From: an uncultured delta proteobacterium
GTDB taxonomy: Bacteria; Desulfobacterota; Zymogenia; Zymogenales; Zymogenaceae
Direction of reading: 5' to 3'
Assembly: GCA_963735595.1 (NCBI GenBank)
Contig: CAVTLK010000005.1
Span: 160,001 to 224,000, forward strand
Length of the DNA stretch: 64,000 nucleotides
Of the stretch, positions 1 through 10,656 are shown in pieces. A model generated the notes under the pieces. That model made no database searches. It was not told the origin of the DNA and saw nothing but the letters and a program-made list of their open reading frames with translations. Both the position numbers and the translations under genes were made by a program. Each line of letters opens with the position of its first letter. The first letter of the stretch is position 1.

Positions 1-603
1 GACATGATTATCCTCATCGTCATCTTCTTCATCGGACTGGGGATGTTCAATGCCGTGACTACCTGGATCGAGCAGATCCTTGCCCCCCGGGGCTTTTCCA
101 TAGAGCAGGCGGGCTACGCCGGGGCTATCATGCTGTTCGGGGGTATCGCGGGGGCGGTCGTCTTTCCGATCCTCTCGGACGTCTTTCAGAAGCGCAAGTT
201 CTTCATAGTCCTTACGGTGATCCTGACTATCCCGGGGCTTGTGGGCCTCACGTTTGCCACCTCGTTCGTTCTGTTGATGCTATCGAGCTTTGCGCTGGGC
301 TTCTTCTTTATGGCAGGCGGACCCATCGGCTACCAGTACAGCGCCGAGCTGACGCACCCCGCGCCGGAAGCCACCTCCCAGGGGCTGCTGGTGCTGGCGG
401 GCCAGGTTTCGGGGATCATTTTCATCTTCGGGATGGACGCGCTTCGGACCGAGAACCGCGCCATGACGCCGTTCATGCTGGTCTTCGTTGGGATGCTTAT
501 TATCAACGTGATCCTCTCCGTCATGCTCAACGAATCCAAGATGATGAAGGTCCACGAAAAGGAGGAAGCCCTGATTCACGGCAAGACCGCGAAGAAGAAG
601 TGA
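1..603 (+). CDS. MFS transporter, C-terminal half (5'-truncated by window edge)
   Basis: Six hydrophobic helices; MFS loop motif 'LSDVFQKRK'; 'SAELTHPAPEATSQG' typical of the MFS TM10-11 loop. Confidence 0.85.
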   Translation, partial: DMIILIVIFFIGLGMFNAVTTWIEQILAPRGFSIEQAGYAGAIMLFGGIAGAVVFPILSDVFQKRKFFIVLTVILTIPGLVGLTFATSFVLLMLSSFALGFFFMAGGPIGYQYSAELTHPAPEATSQGLLVLAGQVSGIIFIFGMDALRTENRAMTPFMLVFVGMLIINVILSVMLNESKMMKVHEKEEALIHGKTAKKK

Positions 604-649
604 GGGCCTTTCTCGTGTCCCGGACGACCGGGGTGAGTATGAAACCAAT

Positions 650-722
650 GCGCCCGTAGCTCAGGGGATAGAGCAACGGACTTCGGATCCGTTGGCCGCA
701 CGTTCGAATCGTGCCGGGCGCG
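650..722 (+). tRNA. tRNA-Arg(TCG), CCA not encoded
   Basis: Cloverleaf: acceptor GCGCCCG/CGGGCGC, D arm GCTC/GAGC, anticodon arm ACGGA-CT(TCG)GA-TCCGT, T arm GCACG-TTCGAAT-CGTGC, discriminator G. Confidence 0.95.
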
Positions 723-738
723 CTCTTGCTCCAGAAAT

Positions 739-776
739 AAAAAACGGGGGAAGTAGTTTCCCCCGTTTATTATTTT
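739..776. terminator. Bidirectional intrinsic terminator
   Basis: AAACGGGGGAA / TTCCCCCGTTT hairpin with A- and T-rich flanks, between the convergent tRNA and oxidoreductase. Confidence 0.8.
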
Positions 777-791
777 ACGGCCCTATTACGT

Positions 792-2375
792 CTATCTGGG
801 ATTAAAGAGGGAGTTGCCGCCGTTAAACGCCCGGTCCAGGATCAGGTCAACCACCTGGATGCCGTTGGTCATCGCGCCGTAGATGCTGTGGGAGAACTTG
901 GGCTGGTACAGACCGCCGATGGGGGTTTTCATCGGCAGGCGCTTGGGTCCGAACTGCGTCACGAGGGCGGCCATGTCGTAGTTGCTTCCGGTTGGCGAAC
1001 CCGACCAGCGGGCATAGGTGGCCGGGGTCGAAATATCCTTAACGACGATATGTTTCCTGAGGCCGGGCACGAAGTATTTTTCGGCTATCCCGATGAAGAA
1101 ATCCGCCCAACGTTCTTTTTCCGCCCGGTATCGGGCGGGGTCTTTTGCACGCCAGTGAGGCCACGTGCCTATCGCAAAGGGGACACCGCGAACGATGATG
1201 GTGTTCTTGCCCCGGGTGGTCAGCGACGGGCAGATGACGGCCGCATGGAAACAGTCCTCGGAAAAGGCGTTTTCCCCGGCCAGGAACGCGTTAAAAAGCT
1301 TCTCCGAAGTCCCCCTGCCCGTGGAGACGAGATTATAGGGATAGTCAAGGTCCAACTTCGAGAGGTCGATTCCACTATCAAGGCCGAGACTCACATTGAA
1401 GGAGGAGGGGGACATAACGGTCTTCTCGAGCCTTTGGACGTAGCTCTTCGGCAGGTTTTCATCCCCCACGAGGCGCCGCATCGCCACGTTCGGGTCTATG
1501 GTGGTGACGACCCGGTCCGCCCGGATTATCCGGTCATCCCCCTCGATCCGGATGCCTTTTACGGTTCCGTTTTCGACGACGATCTGTTCGACCGAGGTGC
1601 CGAGCTTGATCTCACCGCCGAGTTGTTGGAAGAGGGCCGCGAGCTTAGCCGGAAACTCGTCGTAGTACCCGTACGGGCGAAACGACCGCGTCATGGAGGA
1701 CAGCATCGCCCCGACGGCAAGGATCGACGAGGCTCGATCGGACGGAACGCCGGAAAACGCCCCGAAGGTCTCGAGCACCTCCCGGAGGCGCGGGTCCCTG
1801 ATCCCCATCTTATCCAGCAAACCGGCGTAGGTCAGGTTCAGGCAGGCTACCACCTTGGGCGCCCGGAAGGGGGTGAGCAGGGTGTCCAGCGGTGTACGGA
1901 TCGCCTTGAGGAGCCTCACCTGAGCGAACAGTTCCACGGCGTACGCTATGAACCGCTCGATGTTCTTGGCCTCGTCGGGGAAGATCCCGGAGAGGTAAGC
2001 GACGAAGTTGTCGGTGCCGGTGGGGATTTTGTAGCTGTCGATCTTGTCGCCATGGACGACAAGCCGCCGCATCAGGGCCCCCTCGTGGGCCTTGAGCTTG
2101 AGATCGATCTTGAGGTATTCAAGGATCGGGGTGACGTCCGGGAAAATCTGGGTCGTCTCGAAGACGTAGCCGTTGCGTTCGTAGGCGGTGACGTATCCCC
2201 CCGGATACCCGTTTTTCTCAACCAGGAGGGTCTTTTTCCCCCTGGTGTTCTTAAGCCACATCACGCCGGTTGCAAGGCCGCTGATCCCTGCCCCGACAAT
2301 GATCAGGTCATATGCATCGGAGCCGGAATAATTGGAAGTAATCTTGTCTTTTTCGAGAATGATCTTATTGGCCAT
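792..2375 (-). CDS. Phytoene desaturase/retinol saturase-family FAD-dependent oxidoreductase
   Basis: N-terminal GAGISGL...EKN..PGG Rossmann motif; C-terminal 'ISTPATYARW..GSNY' and 'TPIGGLY' family signatures. Confidence 0.85.
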   Translation of the reverse strand: MANKIILEKDKITSNYSGSDAYDLIIVGAGISGLATGVMWLKNTRGKKTLLVEKNGYPGGYVTAYERNGYVFETTQIFPDVTPILEYLKIDLKLKAHEGALMRRLVVHGDKIDSYKIPTGTDNFVAYLSGIFPDEAKNIERFIAYAVELFAQVRLLKAIRTPLDTLLTPFRAPKVVACLNLTYAGLLDKMGIRDPRLREVLETFGAFSGVPSDRASSILAVGAMLSSMTRSFRPYGYYDEFPAKLAALFQQLGGEIKLGTSVEQIVVENGTVKGIRIEGDDRIIRADRVVTTIDPNVAMRRLVGDENLPKSYVQRLEKTVMSPSSFNVSLGLDSGIDLSKLDLDYPYNLVSTGRGTSEKLFNAFLAGENAFSEDCFHAAVICPSLTTRGKNTIIVRGVPFAIGTWPHWRAKDPARYRAEKERWADFFIGIAEKYFVPGLRKHIVVKDISTPATYARWSGSPTGSNYDMAALVTQFGPKRLPMKTPIGGLYQPKFSHSIYGAMTNGIQVVDLILDRAFNGGNSLFNPR

Positions 2376-2736
2376 GATTCCCTCATTGAATGGGTGGATG
2401 GATAACGGAGCGAAGGCTCACTCTATCAGCAACCGATACAGGGTCGTCCGGTTCAATGGTTTCGGAAGGGCTCTTTATGCTTGCCCCGGTTATGGTCAAT
2501 TCATCGCTTCGATTGCGGATTCTACCCCGGTCTTCGGCAGAAATCAAGCATGGATACCATGATCATTCTCCAAACAGCCCGGCCAGCAGGGCCCCGGCGC
2601 TATTTTCGTATCGGTTTTCTCACAGAAACAGGGCGGGAATCGGCGTAGTCGGGTATTACTAAATTACGTCAGCGTGTCCGATGTGAGTGGAGAAGTTCAG
2701 CGACTAACGGGCACTACCAGGCATGAGTTAACCGGC

Positions 2737-2778
2737 CTCGAATCCGTCGGCCGGAGGATTCGAAACCTCCGGGGCGTG
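2737..2778 (+). pseudogene. Degenerate 3' half of a tRNA-Arg(TCG)
   Basis: TCG-AA-TCCGT-CGGCC-GGAGG-ATTCGAAA-CCTCC-GGGGCGTG is colinear with the 3' half of the tRNA at 650-722. Confidence 0.5.
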
Positions 2779-2794
2779 CGTAACGAAATGCCAG

Positions 2795-2830
2795 AAAAAA
2801 AGGAGCCGGTATACGTACCGACTCCTTTCC
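2795..2830 (-). terminator. Intrinsic terminator of the 2855-3262 gene
   Basis: On minus strand an AAAGGAGTCGGTA/TACCGGCTCCTTT hairpin runs into a T tract. Confidence 0.8.
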
Positions 2831-2854
2831 TGACTCAAGACCACCAACGGCCGA

Positions 2855-3262
2855 TTATTGGAGACCCACCGTGCCGTCATCCTTTTGCACGAACGCGCGA
2901 CCCCCGACGAAGACAATTCGATACCCGAGGTTCTCGGCAAACGGTCCGAACGTCGCCACGATGTCGTTCTTGAGAGCGGCGTTTTCCTCCTCCGAGGCCT
3001 CGAGCCGCGTTTCGAGGACCCGGTTGACCATCTTCATCTGTTCGAGATACTCGGCCTGGGTCTTGATGAGATCTCCCTGCTTCTCTATGATGACGCGCGT
3101 GACCGTTATACCCCCGTATGCCCCATTCACGAGCTCGTAGTTGTTGCAGGTAAAGAAATAGAGCTCCGCGAAAAAAACCAGGGTTACCAAAGAAAGCACT
3201 GCCCAAACACCCCATTCGGGCAGGCGGACCTTCAGAAAGTTTTGAACCACGTTCTTTTTCAT
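2855..3262 (-). CDS. Hypothetical bitopic membrane protein with coiled coil
   Basis: GGAGG RBS before ATG at 3262; one TM segment (WGVWAVLSLVTLVFFAELYFF) followed by a heptad-like region; own terminator. Confidence 0.65.
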   Translation of the reverse strand: MKKNVVQNFLKVRLPEWGVWAVLSLVTLVFFAELYFFTCNNYELVNGAYGGITVTRVIIEKQGDLIKTQAEYLEQMKMVNRVLETRLEASEEENAALKNDIVATFGPFAENLGYRIVFVGGRAFVQKDDGTVGLQ

Positions 3263-3836
3263 GATGACCTCCCTGTCTCTGCCACTTACCCCACTCACAA
3301 ACAACGAGACCATAAAAAGGGATCACCGGCGGGTAAGCCTTTTGTTCTGGTAAATAGCGGTACCCCTTACTTATGGTCATTGACTATCGGTATGCGGGCG
3401 GATCGGGCAATTCCAAGTTCCGGCTATAACCCGTTTTCGCCCGCATTGTCGTCTGATCTCATCACTTGGCGGATCGTATCTCCCTTTATCGGGGAGATTC
3501 TGTGGAGACTAAGGGGAATATTTTTAACCAATTATACACCAGAATTCCCATAGTGAAGATAAAAAGCCTATTTTTATTACTTAAATTTGCCTTTTTTAAT
3601 CTTTTTTCCCTTCGTGAGTGCCTAAACTCCCCAGAATGTATGCTGAATGCCTGTTTGTGTCCATTTGTGATAGTTTTCCACTACAGCCCCGGCAAGGGGC
3701 ATTGCGGCGAAACGTAGAGGAACCCGGACTCCCGCGCATAGCTGGGATGCAGCCTCACGGGAGATCGGTTGTCCCACTACACGGAGACTCGCGCGCGAAG
3801 CCGTTTTGGCCGCAGGTATCGGGGAAAACACCGCGC

Positions 3837-3866
3837 TTGACTATAGGGACTACCACGTGCTAAAAT
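3837..3866 (+). promoter_or_regulatory. Sigma-70 promoter of the hybrid kinase
   Basis: TTGACT-18-TAAAAT with extended -10 TG. Confidence 0.55.
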
Positions 3867-3961
3867 TACCACATATATTTTAGATACTTGGGAGGCACGT
3901 AGCGAGAAGATCGAATCTGTGACTGCACTCCTTCACGAGAATTTCCTAACCCCCTGCCTCT

Positions 3962-6900
3962 ATGGAAGAGGGTACGGTTATGCGCACCGAGAATAAGCGA
4001 ATCCTCTCCCGTTTGATGATCGTCTTTATGACGGCGATTCCGGCCTTTCTGCTCTGCGGCGTCCCGCCGGATAAAGCTCAGGGAACCCAACTCCGAGATA
4101 CGAATCTCATTAGCATTCTCCCAATTGACCGAAGCGCGCCGGACGCGTATCTTTTACGTCTCGACTCGGGTACCGGGAATGCCGAAACAGCGGGAGAAGA
4201 TGGTTGGGGCGATGCCGCGGAGGGCCGGGGCGACGATTCTTCCGTCCGTACGGTGCGCGTCGGTTTATACCAGAACCCTCCCAAGGTTTTTATAGACGAG
4301 AATGGTAACCCCTCAGGTATCTTCATTGATCTTCTTGACAAGATTGCCAGGCAGGAGAAGTGGAACCTGGAATACGTTCCGTGCGAATGGTCCGAGTGTC
4401 TTGAATTGCTCGAAGAGCACCGGATAGATCTGATGCCCGACGTTGCCTATTCACGGGAGCGAGACGAAACATATGATTTCAATAAAACGCCGGTCGTAGA
4501 CAGCTGGTCCCAGGTGTATGCCAACTCATCGATTCGAGTATCAACACTGTCGGACCTGAACGGACGGCGGGTCGCCGTGCTTAGAGGCGGGATTCAAGAG
4601 AGACTCTTCGAAGAGATGATGAACGGGTTCGGCTTCGAGGTGACAACCATCCAGGCCGAGACATACGAGGAAGCGTTCAGACTGGCCAGTCACGGCTACG
4701 TTGACGCGGCGGTCTCCAACCATCTTATTGGAGATTATCTATTCCGAAGCTATGGACTGACCAAGACCCCTATCGTTTTTAACCCGACGTCACTATACTT
4801 CGCGACCGCCCAGGGGCGTAACCATGGGCTGCTTGACGCGATCGACCGCCATTTGGGCACCTGGCGAAGCGAACCCGATTCCTTCTATTATAAGACACTG
4901 GCCCGCTGGATGGAAAAGCCACCCGAGCAGGTTGTGCCGCGCTACCTGATCTGGGTTATCGTCATCACCGGGGGATGCCTCCTTCTGTCGTTCGGGATTA
5001 TCCAGCTTCTTCGCGCTCAGGTCAGGGTGAAGACGAGGTACCTCGTTACGGCGAACGAATCGCTTCGCGAAAGCGAGGAAAAATACCGTTTGCTCGTGGA
5101 AAACCTCAACGATGTTATTTTCTGCCTCGATGCGAAGGGGAATATCATCTATTTGAGCCCCGTCGCCGAGCGCCTGTTCGTCTACCGACCCAAAGAAATC
5201 ATCGGGAAACCCTTTTCCGAATTCGTTCATGCCGATGACCTTCCGGGCCTTATAAAGAGCCGCGAAGGAACGTTAGGCGGTACGCTGGAGCCGTACGAAT
5301 ACAGATTGGTAGACAAGAACGGCGAAATTCACTATGTCAGGACCTCGAGCCGCCCCGTTAAGAAAGACGGCCGGTCTGTCGGAATAACCGGCGTATTGAC
5401 CGACATCACCCGGGAAAGACTTGCCGAGGAGGAGCTACGGGAAAGCGAAGTTAGCCTATTAATGGCGCAGCGGATTGCCCACGTAGGGAGCTGGGACTGG
5501 GATTTGGAGACAGGCCGGCTCGTGTGGTCCACGGAGACCTATCATATCTTCAACCGTGATCCCGGTGATTATACTCCGAGCGTCGAAGATGCCCTGACTT
5601 CCATTCACCCGGACGACCGAAAAGGCCTCGAAAAGATGGTCCGCGCTTGCATCGAGCATAACAAACCATACGAATACGAATACCGCATTGTCAATCCGGA
5701 CGGTTCGGTCAAACACATTCACGCACTCGGCGAGATGATCCATGATCAGAAAGGAAGGCCGGTGCGCATCCGGGGAACCGTCCAGGACGTCACGGAGCAC
5801 AAGCGGGTGGAGAGCGCGCTCAGAGAAAGCGAGGAAAAGCATCGAACGATTCTCCAGACCATCGAGGACGGTTATTTTGAGGTCGATCTCAAGGGGAGCT
5901 TCACGTCCTTCAACGAGTCTCTGAAAAATATGATTGGCTATGACCACGGAGAGTTGTTGGGGCTCAACTACCGACAGTATATGGCCAAAGAGGTCTCCGA
6001 CAAGGTCTTCCTAATATTTAATAAAGTCTTCGAGACGGGTATCCCCGCCAAGGCGCTGGACTGGAGGGTTACCAGAAAAGACGGGACGATGATAGATATA
6101 GAGACCTCGTTATCCCTCAAGCGGGACAACTCGGGCGCGCCAGTCGGCTTTTTCGGCATCGCCCGTGACCTCACCGAGAAGAAGAAGATGGAGCTGCAGC
6201 TCCTGCAGACGGAAAAGCTCTCCGCCGTAGGGACGATGATCTCCGGTGTGGCCCACGAGCTCAACAACCCGCTTACCGCAATTATCGGCAATGCCCAGCT
6301 GCTTGCACGGCAGGGCGTGCCCGAGGATGTTAAAAGCAAGCTGGACGTTATCTTACAGGAATCGATACGATCCTCAAAAATCGTCGGCGGCCTGCTGGCG
6401 TTCGCCCGTGAGCATAAGCCTGAACGAAGCATGGTCAATCTCAATACTACTATCCTGGAGTCCGTAAAGCTCAAGGAATACGACCTGAAAGTAAACAATA
6501 TCGACATGAAGCTCTCTCTTGCCGATAACCTCCCCGAAACATCCGCCGATCCGTACCAGATACAGCAGGTCTTCATCAACCTTATCAATAACGCCCGGGA
6601 CGCCCTGGTTACCAACCAGGGCGGAGGCGCGCTGTCCATCCGAACATATGATGCGGACAGCAATATCATAATAGAGTTCGAGGATACCGGACCGGGTATT
6701 CCCGATGAGATCATCAATAGGATCTTCGAGCCATTCTTTACCACAAAGGAAACGGGAAAGGGGACGGGCCTTGGTCTCAGCATGGCCTATGGTATTATCA
6801 GGGAACACGGCGGGACTATTTCGGCGGAGAGCAAACCGGGGAAGGGGGCGAGGTTTACTGTTTCGATACCGATCGCGTCGGTAGAAGAGGCAGCGGTGGC

Positions 6901-7300
6901 GGAAAAGGAGTATCCGCTTGGTGAGCAAAGACCTCGGGGTACCACGTCGATTCTTGTCGTAGAAGATGAAGACAATCTGGCCCAGTTCATTTCAGAAGCG
7001 CTATCCGAGGAAGGATATTACGTAACCTGCTGTAGTAACGGCAAGACGGCGATAGAGAACCTGGAGAAGAATAGATACGATCTTATCATCTCGGATATGA
7101 AAATGCCGGGAATGAGCGGAGTGGAACTTTATCAGTATATCCAAAAGCACCACCCTGAGATGACACAGAAGGTGCTTTTTATGACCGGCGATGTGTTAGG
7201 CAAAGATACGCAGAATTTCCTCAAGATCGCCGGGCACAACTATATCGAAAAGCCCTTCGAGATTGTCAAATTGCTTCAGATCATCCACAAAATCGTATAA
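3962..7300 (+). CDS. Hybrid sensor histidine kinase (SBP_bac_3 periplasmic sensor, TM, 3 PAS, HisKA, HATPase, REC)
   Basis: '[13 protein letters not shown]' SBP start; PAS repeats; H-box 'AHELNNPL'; '[16 protein letters not shown]'; receiver 'VVEDE..SDMKMP..KPF'. Confidence 0.95.
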   Translation: MEEGTVMRTENKRILSRLMIVFMTAIPAFLLCGVPPDKAQGTQLRDTNLISILPIDRSAPDAYLLRLDSGTGNAETAGEDGWGDAAEGRGDDSSVRTVRVGLYQNPPKVFIDENGNPSGIFIDLLDKIARQEKWNLEYVPCEWSECLELLEEHRIDLMPDVAYSRERDETYDFNKTPVVDSWSQVYANSSIRVSTLSDLNGRRVAVLRGGIQERLFEEMMNGFGFEVTTIQAETYEEAFRLASHGYVDAAVSNHLIGDYLFRSYGLTKTPIVFNPTSLYFATAQGRNHGLLDAIDRHLGTWRSEPDSFYYKTLARWMEKPPEQVVPRYLIWVIVITGGCLLLSFGIIQLLRAQVRVKTRYLVTANESLRESEEKYRLLVENLNDVIFCLDAKGNIIYLSPVAERLFVYRPKEIIGKPFSEFVHADDLPGLIKSREGTLGGTLEPYEYRLVDKNGEIHYVRTSSRPVKKDGRSVGITGVLTDITRERLAEEELRESEVSLLMAQRIAHVGSWDWDLETGRLVWSTETYHIFNRDPGDYTPSVEDALTSIHPDDRKGLEKMVRACIEHNKPYEYEYRIVNPDGSVKHIHALGEMIHDQKGRPVRIRGTVQDVTEHKRVESALRESEEKHRTILQTIEDGYFEVDLKGSFTSFNESLKNMIGYDHGELLGLNYRQYMAKEVSDKVFLIFNKVFETGIPAKALDWRVTRKDGTMIDIETSLSLKRDNSGAPVGFFGIARDLTEKKKMELQLLQTEKLSAVGTMISGVAHELNNPLTAIIGNAQLLARQGVPEDVKSKLDVILQESIRSSKIVGGLLAFAREHKPERSMVNLNTTILESVKLKEYDLKVNNIDMKLSLADNLPETSADPYQIQQVFINLINNARDALVTNQGGGALSIRTYDADSNIIIEFEDTGPGIPDEIINRIFEPFFTTKETGKGTGLGLSMAYGIIREHGGTISAESKPGKGARFTVSIPIASVEEAAVAEKEYPLGEQRPRGTTSILVVEDEDNLAQFISEALSEEGYYVTCCSNGKTAIENLEKNRYDLIISDMKMPGMSGVELYQYIQKHHPEMTQKVLFMTGDVLGKDTQNFLKIAGHNYIEKPFEIVKLLQIIHKIV

Positions 7301-7569
7301 AGATAATAAACCCGTTGGGAATAAAAAACCGCTCGATTATGCTCGGGACCGTTTTCATGTCAAGGCGCGATCATGGGTAACGGGAGTCAGGGACATCTAT
7401 CGTATGGTCCTAACGGTGCGGACGGCGCCCATGGCCGGGTCGGGGACAGAAAAGAATAGTTGTCTAACCGGCTTATAATCTGGTACAGTAGACGCTCAAT
7501 CCGACGTCGGGGGTACGTGAAATCCCCCGATACTATCCCGTTTCACAGGTTATATGGAGAGGGTAGACA

Positions 7570-8958
7570 ATGAATGATACCACCGGAAAAAAGACCGTGA
7601 CACGAACGCCGCCGAAAGGGACTCATAAGCTCCCCCTGGGGATCAAGCTCTCCTTCGGCATCGGGGATATCGCCAGTAACTTCTTCATCGTTACGACGGG
7701 GATGTATCTCCTCTACTTTCTGATCAAAGTCGTCGGCGTGGACCCCAAGCTTGCCGGCGTTATGCTGTTGATACCGAAGCTCTGGGACGTGATCCTTGAC
7801 CCGATTATGGGGGGGATCTCGGACGTCACCCGTTCCCGGTTCGGCAGGAGGCGTCCCTACCTGCTCTACGGCGCAATCCCCTACGGCCTGATATTTTTCA
7901 TACTCTTCATCGCCCCCGGCTGGCGTACCGAGTTCGCCAACGCGCTGCACGTTGCGATCGTCTTCTTTTTGGGCTGCACCATGTTTGCCGTTATCAATGT
8001 CCCGTACGCGAGCATGGTGCCGGAGATGTCCGACGACTACAATGAGCGGATGTCGATCGTGTCGTACAGGATGTTCTTCGCCTCGGTCGGGGCGCTATTG
8101 GCGGGAGGGCTGGCGATGCCGCTGGTGGAGGCCGGCGGGGGGGGCGCGCCGGGCTTCCGGCTCATGGGGGCGGTCTTCGGCCTTGGCATGGTGATCACGC
8201 TGTTCGTCTGTTTCTTCGGTACCGCCAAGGCGCCAAGCCTGCCGCCGAAAAAGGAGATGCCGCCCATAAAGGAGCAGATCAGGATAGCGGCCCGGAACTT
8301 TCCCTTTGTCATGCTGATGGCCAGCTATTTTTTGCAGGCGCTGGCCATCGGGGTGATGATGGCCGGATTTATCTTCTACGTGGAATACGCGATGCACCTT
8401 CCCAAGACGGCCATGAACATCGCCTTCCCGATATTCCTGGTCACCGGGATACTCTTTATACCGGTGTGGCTGGCGGTGGGAAAACGGCTGGGCAAGATCA
8501 AGTCATACCGCATCGGCCTGGTATTCTTTACCGTCATGATGGCCTCACTCTTCTTCACGAGCCCCTCGCTGTTATGGCTCTTCTATGTCCAGATATTCCT
8601 GGCGGGAATCGGGTTTTCCAGCTTCCAGCTCTTCCCCTTTTCCATGCTCCCGGATACCGTGGAATACGACCAGATGCAGTCCGGCCTGAGGCGGGAGGGG
8701 GTCTTCTCCGGCATGTGGTCGGCGGGACAGAAGATCGCTTACTCCGTGGGCCCGCCGATAGTCGGGTTTGCCCTTTCGCTGTCGGGATTCGTTGCCGAAG
8801 GCGTGCAGCCGGAGAGCGTGAATATCGGCGTCCGTGCGGCCTTCTGCCTATTTCCCGCGGCCATGGTCTTGTTGAGCTTCCTGCCGTTTTCCAAATATAC
8901 CCTCACCGAGCAGGAGTTCGAGAACATAAAGGCGCGCATCGCGGGTAAGACCCGGTAG
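7570..8958 (+). CDS. GPH-family (MelB-like) glycoside:cation symporter
   Basis: 'WDVILDPIMGGISDVTRSRFGRRRPY' and 'DTVEYD...RREG' signatures; about 12 TMs. Confidence 0.9.
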   Translation: MNDTTGKKTVTRTPPKGTHKLPLGIKLSFGIGDIASNFFIVTTGMYLLYFLIKVVGVDPKLAGVMLLIPKLWDVILDPIMGGISDVTRSRFGRRRPYLLYGAIPYGLIFFILFIAPGWRTEFANALHVAIVFFLGCTMFAVINVPYASMVPEMSDDYNERMSIVSYRMFFASVGALLAGGLAMPLVEAGGGGAPGFRLMGAVFGLGMVITLFVCFFGTAKAPSLPPKKEMPPIKEQIRIAARNFPFVMLMASYFLQALAIGVMMAGFIFYVEYAMHLPKTAMNIAFPIFLVTGILFIPVWLAVGKRLGKIKSYRIGLVFFTVMMASLFFTSPSLLWLFYVQIFLAGIGFSSFQLFPFSMLPDTVEYDQMQSGLRREGVFSGMWSAGQKIAYSVGPPIVGFALSLSGFVAEGVQPESVNIGVRAAFCLFPAAMVLLSFLPFSKYTLTEQEFENIKARIAGKTR

Positions 8959-8996
8959 GCCGGCGGGAGCCGGCGGGCGTCATCAACAATAACGGA

Positions 8997-9030
8997 AGGG
9001 GAGGCCGGTTACCGGCCTCCCCTCTTTTTT
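8997..9030 (+). terminator. Intrinsic terminator
   Basis: AGGGGAGGCCGG / CCGGCCTCCCCT hairpin followed by a T6 tract. Confidence 0.85.
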
Positions 9031-9081
9031 AGTCGACGAACATGGCCCCCGGCCGCAAACGTACGTCGTCCCCGGGTTGGA

Positions 9082-10200
9082 CTATGGCTTTTCCCGCTTG
9101 CGGTAATAGAACGAGACGAGCCGGTCCACGATGAGGCCCGCCGCAAACCCGACGGCCATGTTCGTAAAGACGGCCAGGACCACGGTGGCCGAGAGCGGGA
9201 TGATGTCGCGGCCCCACGTAATATCGCGGGCGAACTTGACCAGCTCCAGCCCCACCAGGAACATCATGGCCCCGATGATGGCCGTTGGGAAGCGGGAAAA
9301 CAGGTGCACGAGCCAGGCGGCCGCAAAGACGCCCAGGGTGATCTCGATGACCCCCTCGATGATGTTCGTTCCCCCGGTCCGCGCCCCAAAGTAGTACTGG
9401 CCCGCCAGGCCCCCACAGCCGTGGCACAGCGGCATCCCGCCGAAAAAGGGAAACACGAGGTTCATGACACCCATGTTGGTCGCGAGCTTCCTCTCGGAGA
9501 CGGGCCGGTCCGGGAAATACCGGGAAATCAGGGCGGCCGTGGCGATGACGGCGTTGGTGGCGGTCAGCGGGATCTGGGCAAGCCCGCCCGAAACGAACGT
9601 TGTGAGGAGATCGTGCGCTGAAAAGAACGTCAAAGACGGCAGGGTCACGCCTAACGCGCCGAGCCCCGTGAGGTCTCCCTTAAAATACATGACGGCAAGG
9701 CCCATCAGCATTAGCACGATAGCCGCGGGGGCCCAGCGGCTGTTGCGGAGCAGGATAATAATGAGGATCGAGACAATGCCGAGCAGCCATCCCCCCTGCA
9801 TCATGGTGATCGCCGGGACGGCCAGGAGCACCCCGAGGGCGATCTGTATCCCCCGGACGACGGAAAGCGGTGTGTTCTTCGCAATAAAGCCGATGACGTT
9901 GGTCAGGCCGAGGAAGAGCCAGACGACCCCCATCGCGAAACCGGAGGCATAGACCATCGAGGGCGTCCATTTCTCGGCGATTGCCATGACCGCCAGCACC
10001 TTCATCGGCTCTATGGGCATCGGGATTCGATAGACAATCCCCGTCACGATATTGGCAATCCCCATCATGACCAACAGCCCGCAGGGGTCCAGCCCGCAGA
10101 CGGCGATATAGCCAACGGCCAGCGGGAACAGGGTCCCAAAGTCGCCCATCGATCCGGCCAGCTCCCGGAGGCTGAACTCGAACGATTTGATCTTTACCAT
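9082..10200 (-). CDS. MOT1-family putative molybdate/sulfate transporter
   Basis: 'ELAGSMGDFGT', 'PMPIEPMK', 'GGMPLCHGCGGLAGQYYFGARTGG' MOT1 motifs. Confidence 0.9.
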   Translation of the reverse strand: MVKIKSFEFSLRELAGSMGDFGTLFPLAVGYIAVCGLDPCGLLVMMGIANIVTGIVYRIPMPIEPMKVLAVMAIAEKWTPSMVYASGFAMGVVWLFLGLTNVIGFIAKNTPLSVVRGIQIALGVLLAVPAITMMQGGWLLGIVSILIIILLRNSRWAPAAIVLMLMGLAVMYFKGDLTGLGALGVTLPSLTFFSAHDLLTTFVSGGLAQIPLTATNAVIATAALISRYFPDRPVSERKLATNMGVMNLVFPFFGGMPLCHGCGGLAGQYYFGARTGGTNIIEGVIEITLGVFAAAWLVHLFSRFPTAIIGAMMFLVGLELVKFARDITWGRDIIPLSATVVLAVFTNMAVGFAAGLIVDRLVSFYYRKREKP

Positions 10201-10318
10201 AGGAATTACGCTTTCGGATCGGATATGAAAATAGTCGCTTCTTTTTGCACCCTATCTGTTTTCTTTGTATCTAAACCGTTGTATAATGAAAACTAATAAC
10301 AACATAGAAGGTCTAGCC

Positions 10319-10529
10319 ATGAAAATCAGCGCACGCAACGTACTTAAAGGGAAAGGTCAAGAAGATCGTGCCCGGCGCGGTCAATTCCGAGGTCACCGTA
10401 GAGCTTGCCGGCGGGACGACCGTCGTATCGGTCATCACCAAGGCCTCGGTCGACTCACTCAAGCTCGCCGAGGGTAAAGACGTCTACGCCGTCGTTAAGG
10501 CGTCCAATGTCATGATCGCTATCGATTAG
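10319..10529 (+). CDS. mop: Mop/TOBE molybdate-tungstate binding protein (one frameshift near 10350)
   Basis: MKISARNVLKG followed, after a one-base shift, by KVKKIVPGAVNSEVTVEL...VSVITKASVDSLKLAEGKDVYAVVKASNVMIAID*. Confidence 0.9.
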
Positions 10530-10592
10530 CTTCAACAACGGGTCTCCGATCGGCATATCGGAGATAAGCTTTTCGGATTACACGATATGGAT

Positions 10593-10627
10593 AAAAAGGA
10601 CTCACCGTTGCCGGTGAGTCCTTTTTT
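10593..10627. terminator. Bidirectional terminator between mop and tupA
   Basis: AAAAAGGACTCACCG-TTGC-CGGTGAGTCCTTTTTT. Confidence 0.9.
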
Positions 10628-10656
10628 GTTTCGACATCTGCAAAGAATCGTCGCCC

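Noticed and set aside
888..2405. Long antisense ORFs (also 28760-30064, 37898-38884, 52832-53842, 60824-61912)
   Set aside because: Mirror frames of real genes in GC-rich DNA with no recognisable motifs
723..7300. Active prophage or integrative element at tRNA-Arg
   Set aside because: No integrase, transposase or phage genes; at most an eroded remnant
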